The position numbers were made by a program, and so were the translations under genes. A stretch of 64,000 nucleotides of DNA from an uncultured Gemmatimonadales bacterium (GTDB taxonomy: Bacteria > Gemmatimonadota > Gemmatimonadetes > Gemmatimonadales > GWC2-71-9). The stretch lies in NCBI GenBank assembly GCA_963697435.1, contig CAVOOB010000005.1, positions 55,377 through 119,376 of the forward strand, given 5' to 3'. Position 1 is the first letter of the stretch, and each line of letters starts with the position of its first letter. This document shows, piece after piece, positions 61,021 to 64,000 of this stretch. The notes below the pieces were generated by a model. It was not told where the DNA came from. It ran no database searches and worked only from the letters and a program-made list of their open reading frames with translations.

Positions 61021-61887
61021 ATGCCCGATTCTGGTTCACATCAGCAGCGCCCCAAGCGGCAGGACGTGGACATCTTCGGGATGTGCCACCTCGGGCTCGT
61101 CCGCAAGGTGAATCAGGACCACTTCCTGGTGGCCAGCCTCCACAAGTCGATGCAGCTGCACCAGACCACCCTCCCCCACGAGGGGATGGGCTCCCTCGTG
61201 AGCGGCGCGCGAGGATACGTGTTCCTCGTCGCCGACGGTGTGGGGAGCACTCCATGGGGGGAGCAGGCGAGCGGCTCCGCGCTCCGTGCCATCGCCGACT
61301 ACGTCATCCACGGCATGGATGTGGAAGCACTCCCTGATGAGGACCATGACCACCGGGTCGTGGACCGGCTCCGCCGTTCGGTGGAACATGGGCACCAGGC
61401 CATCAAGGATGCCGGCGAGGCCGAGGGCAAGCGGGGCATGGCCACGACCCTCACCATGGTGACGATCCACTGGCCGCGTGCCTACGTGATTCACGTCGGC
61501 GACAGCCGGGGGTACCGCCTCCGGCAGGGAGTCCTGACGCAGGTCACCAAGGACCAGACGATGGCCCAGGCAATGATCGATGCCGGAGCCCTCACACCGG
61601 CCGCCGCCGAGCAGAGTCGGCTGAAGCACATCCTCTGGAGCGCGCTCGGGGGCAAGGAAGCCACCCCGGAGGTGTCCACCCTCGACTGCGAATGGGAGGA
61701 CGTGATGCTCCTCTGCAGCGACGGGCTCACCAAGCACGTCTCCGACGAGGAGATTCGCGAAGAACTGCTGAAGGCGGCGTCGGCGGAGCAGAGTTGCCAC
61801 GCACTGATTGACCTCGCCCTCTCGCGGGGCGGCAGCGACAACGTAACCGTCGTGATCGGGCGGCTCCGCGGCCCCCGGCCCGCTTGA
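61021..61887 (+). CDS. PP2C-family Ser/Thr phosphatase
   Basis: Track ORF 60844..61887, trimmed to ATG 61021. It has the motifs VADGVGS, LLCSDGL and GGSDNVTVV. Confidence 0.85.
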   Translation: MPDSGSHQQRPKRQDVDIFGMCHLGLVRKVNQDHFLVASLHKSMQLHQTTLPHEGMGSLVSGARGYVFLVADGVGSTPWGEQASGSALRAIADYVIHGMDVEALPDEDHDHRVVDRLRRSVEHGHQAIKDAGEAEGKRGMATTLTMVTIHWPRAYVIHVGDSRGYRLRQGVLTQVTKDQTMAQAMIDAGALTPAAAEQSRLKHILWSALGGKEATPEVSTLDCEWEDVMLLCSDGLTKHVSDEEIREELLKAASAEQSCHALIDLALSRGGSDNVTVVIGRLRGPRPA

Positions 61888-61960
61888 CCAAGGCCATCTG
61901 CCAACCGATGTTCCGGCCCTTCGGGCTGGGGCGTTCCGCACTCCTTACCTAGAGGCGTAC

Positions 61961-62410
61961 ATGTATCGGCAACTGCTCGCGCTCACCATCCTCTCCACTG
62001 CCAGCGCTCCCCTCCTGGCTCAAGAGTCGGCCCCAGCACCGGTGCCGGCGCCGATGGCCGCACTCGATTCCGCCGCGACCATCGAACTCGGGCGGAAATA
62101 CACCGAGTGGTTCTACAGCGACCTTGGCGACAGCCTGATGGCCCACAGCTCGGCCCAGGTGCAGGAGAAGCTCTCGGCAACCCAGCTCTCCGAGTTTCTG
62201 GGTCAGCTGATCTCGCAGGTGGGGAATGAAGTGTCGGTAATCGCCGAGACCGTCGTGGCCAAAGACACGCTCTCGGGCTACCTCCGTGAGGCCCAATTCG
62301 AGATGATTGATGAGCCCCTGATCGTCGCGTTTACGCTCGGTGGCACGGGCAACATCTACGGCTTCTTCATTCGCCCGAAGAGCCAGATGCCAGCGACACA
62401 GCCGAACTAG
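61961..62410 (+). CDS. secreted hypothetical protein (DUF3887-like)
   Basis: Track ORF 61961..62410. It has a signal peptide (ILSTASAPLLAQE). The family call is weak. Confidence 0.55.
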   Translation: MYRQLLALTILSTASAPLLAQESAPAPVPAPMAALDSAATIELGRKYTEWFYSDLGDSLMAHSSAQVQEKLSATQLSEFLGQLISQVGNEVSVIAETVVAKDTLSGYLREAQFEMIDEPLIVAFTLGGTGNIYGFFIRPKSQMPATQPN

Positions 62411-62428
62411 CACGGGGAGATAGCCAAA

Positions 62429-62460
62429 GCGGGGGTGCGCCGGCTTCGGCGCACCCCCGC
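62429..62460. terminator. strong rho-independent terminator between convergent genes
   Basis: A 14-bp stem, GCGGGGGTGCGCCG (62429-62442) with CGGCGCACCCCCGC (62447-62460), has loop GCTT and is followed by TTCTTGTTTT. Confidence 0.8.
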
Positions 62461-62482
62461 TTCTTGTTTTGAGGTGAGCGCT

Positions 62483-63484
62483 CTAGGTGCGTACGGCCGG
62501 TGGGGCCGGAGCCGCAACGGTTGGTGCGGGGGCGGCGGGAGCCGCCGGCGATCCAGGCGCCATCTTCTTGACGCGCACCTTGGGCGCCGCACTTGGTGCG
62601 ACGGGTGAGTGCGGAGGCATCTCGCTCTGCCACCGCAATCCGCGCTCCCTCATCAGGTGCAACTTCTTTGGCACTGTCCACGAAACTGTGGTCTTCTTCT
62701 TCATACGCATGATCTCGAACTTCGCCACGTCGCCACTGTCGTAGCTGCCGAGGATGCGACGGGCCTGCCCGACGTCGGCCGGTGTCCGACCGTCGATGGC
62801 CAGAATCACGTCCCCGGCCTTGAGGGGCATCGTGGAATCGGATGGGTTCTCGAGGATCAAGACACCCTTCGACGTCCCAAAGTACTCGCCCAGCCCGGCG
62901 TTCATCTCCGCCATATCGAGACCGAAGGTACCCCCGCCAAACCGCACGCTGAAATTGTTGCCCATCTCGCCCAGCGCGCGGTTCATGTCGACAAAGGCGA
63001 GCTCGCGGTCCGCCATCGCGCGGGCGCGCTCCTTCATGAGAGGAGCCATCTGCACGGAGTAGTCCCCGCCAGGCCCCGAGCGCCAAGAGTACATCGCTCC
63101 GCCGAGGTCGGCGGCGATGACGGTGGCGGTCCGGTTTGCGGTGCCGCGCCGGTATTCCACCTTCACGGTGTCCCCAGGGGAGAGCGCCTGCGCGAGCTCG
63201 ACCAGCTTCTCGCCCGGCGCACTGCCGCCCAGCGAGGTACCGCCAAACTTCGTGATGATGTCACCAGCCTCCAGCCCGGCCTTGGCGGCCGGCCCCTCGG
63301 CGGTGACCGACTTGATGGTGGCGCCGAGCTTGTTGTTGGCCGCGCTCGCGTTGATGTCGACCATCACCCCGATCCGGGGCCGGCCCGGGGCGGCAAACAC
63401 CATCACGTTGTCTTCCTGGGCGTTGGCGGCGGCTGGGGCCAGGAGCAGCGCGCCGAGCGCCACGGATATCCACGAACGAGTCAT
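62483..63484 (-). CDS. secreted protein with two PDZ domains
   Basis: Track ORF 62483..63967, trimmed to ATG 63484 (MTRSWISVALGALLLAPAAANAQ). It has PDZ-like blocks (AAKAGLEAGDIITKFGG, PLKAGDVILAIDG) and an Ala/Pro-rich tail. Confidence 0.7.
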   Translation of the reverse strand: MTRSWISVALGALLLAPAAANAQEDNVMVFAAPGRPRIGVMVDINASAANNKLGATIKSVTAEGPAAKAGLEAGDIITKFGGTSLGGSAPGEKLVELAQALSPGDTVKVEYRRGTANRTATVIAADLGGAMYSWRSGPGGDYSVQMAPLMKERARAMADRELAFVDMNRALGEMGNNFSVRFGGGTFGLDMAEMNAGLGEYFGTSKGVLILENPSDSTMPLKAGDVILAIDGRTPADVGQARRILGSYDSGDVAKFEIMRMKKKTTVSWTVPKKLHLMRERGLRWQSEMPPHSPVAPSAAPKVRVKKMAPGSPAAPAAPAPTVAAPAPPAVRT

Positions 63485-63552
63485 GTGCCTCTCCATCCGA
63501 AGTTGTGGGTTACGGGGAAGTAGATGCGGCACAGTGGCGGAAGGTCGCGTGA

Positions 63553-63584
63553 GGCGGGGAGGCGGGGAGGCGGGGAGGCGGGGA
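63553..63584 (+). repeat. four perfect tandem copies of GGCGGGGA (G-quadruplex motif)
   Basis: The copies occupy 63553-60, 63561-68, 63569-76 and 63577-84. This gives G4 tracts separated by AGGC loops. The array lies 69-100 nt upstream of the PDZ gene ATG. Confidence 0.9.
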
Positions 63585-63620
63585 TGATGAATCGCTGGGT
63601 TGACGTCAATACCAAATAAT

Positions 63621-63648
63621 TGTACGTTTTGTACGTAACGTACGTACA
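63621..63648. promoter_or_regulatory. TGTACGT repeat cluster (candidate antitoxin operator) in an AT-rich patch
   Basis: TGTACGT occurs at 63621-27 and 63630-36 as direct repeats, and its inverse ACGTACA at 63642-48. A possible promoter overlaps it: TTGACG (63600-05), 17 nt, TACGTT (63623-28). Confidence 0.45.
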
Positions 63649-63676
63649 TATGAGTGCAGCGGCACACGGAGGCACC

Positions 63677-63868
63677 ATGAACAGGACCACTCTGCCCGTC
63701 TCGATGGCTCGGAGCAACTTCTCGGATCTGTTGAATGAGGTACTGATCTACGGCGAGCGGGTGGTGCTGGAGCGGCACGGGAAGGCGGTGGCCGCCCTGG
63801 TGTCGGTGGCCGACCTGGAGCGCCTCGAGGCACTCCTTGCGGCCGAGGGGGGTGCGGCGGGGAACTGA
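63677..63868 (+). CDS. Phd/YefM-family type II antitoxin (63 aa), no cognate toxin gene adjacent
   Basis: Track ORF 63620..63868, trimmed to ATG 63677, 4 nt after GGAGG. MNRTTLPVSMARSNFSDLLNEVLIYGERVVLERHGKAVAALVSVADLERLE matches the Phd/YefM N-terminal pattern. Confidence 0.75.
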   Translation: MNRTTLPVSMARSNFSDLLNEVLIYGERVVLERHGKAVAALVSVADLERLEALLAAEGGAAGN

Positions 63869-63900
63869 AGCAGGCCGCGCCGCGGCCTCTCTGCCCTGCC

Positions 63901-63930
63901 AAAAAAAGCCCAGGGCTATTAACCCTGGGC
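63901..63930 (-). terminator. rho-independent terminator downstream of tRNA-Gln
   Basis: On the minus strand, GCCCAGGG (63930-63923), a 7-nt loop and CCCTGGGC (63915-63908) are followed by T7 (63907-63901). Confidence 0.8.
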
Positions 63931-63931
63931 A

Positions 63932-64000
63932 TTGCCCCGCTTGGGATCGAACCAAGACTCTCCTCATCCAGAGTGAGGCGTGTTGCCAGTTACACCACGG
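63932..64000 (-). tRNA. tRNA-Gln (anticodon CUG); 5'-terminal 4 nt lie beyond the window
   Basis: I folded the reverse complement by hand. The D stem is GTGT/ACAC and the anticodon stem is CCTCA/TGAGG, with loop CTCTGGA (U33, anticodon CTG). The variable loop is AGAGT and the T arm is CTTGG-TTCGATC-CCAAG. The acceptor 3' strand is CGGGGCA with discriminator A. CCA is not encoded. Confidence 0.85.

Noticed and set aside
63553-63584. The octamer repeat as a CRISPR array or minisatellite-encoded peptide
   Set aside because: The units are only 8 nt with no spacers, so it is not a CRISPR array. It lies upstream of the trimmed PDZ gene start, inside a spurious N-terminal ORF extension.
63869-64000. 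Integrated mobile element at tRNA-Gln
   Set aside because: No integrase, att-like direct repeat of the tRNA 3' end or composition shift is visible inside the window. It can only be evaluated with sequence beyond position 64000.

Overview
This is a high-GC bacterial chromosomal segment that is almost fully coding. I count about 55 protein genes and one partial tRNA-Gln. I recognised no rRNA, CRISPR array, transposase, integrase or phage genes. The gene content (a short Bacteroidetes-type sigma-A-like factor, S46 and M48 peptidases, a TPR Ser/Thr kinase and TamAB) hints at a Gemmatimonadota/FCB-like Gram-negative organism, but that is inference only.

Layout:
- (i) 1-14.9 kb, minus strand: tamA, tamB, lipid kinase, soluble GAF/PAS histidine kinase, sigma-54 activator, an unlisted 59-aa eight-Cys zinc-ribbon gene, NlpC/P60, HAD, CYTH and an unknown gene. 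All are joined by gaps of 11 nt or less or by 1-4 nt stop/start overlaps.
- (ii) 15-29.8 kb, plus strand: peptide ABC substrate-binding protein plus permease, dacB, FprA-like reductase, pduO, aroB, sigma factor, Lon-N domain protein, glcDEF, ygfZ and an epimerase.
- (iii) 29.8-42 kb, minus strand: lipoprotein, cytidylate-kinase-like protein, MFS, M48, S46, membrane protein, YciI, FKBP, SulP, DinB, yhiN-like flavoprotein, GNAT and sseA.
- (iv) 42-64 kb, mixed strands: O-antigen-ligase-like protein, ADP-forming acyl-CoA synthetase, two unknown envelope proteins, LOG, efp, a candidate sugar-salvage cluster (SSS transporter, nucleotidyltransferase, GHMP kinase, GH109) with convergent cutC, a chalcone-isomerase-like protein, a divergent Ser/Thr kinase and PP2C pair, a PDZ protein, an orphan Phd/YefM antitoxin and tRNA-Gln.

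The dominant anomaly is about 40 reading-frame breaks plus one in-frame TAG. They are confined to roughly 16.5-43.7 kb, and I saw none in either flank. Where I could resolve a junction, it is mostly a single extra base in a short G/C run.

Many long ORFs in the track are GC-driven antisense artefacts or chimeras created by these breaks. All functional calls come from motif recognition by eye. No database search was run.
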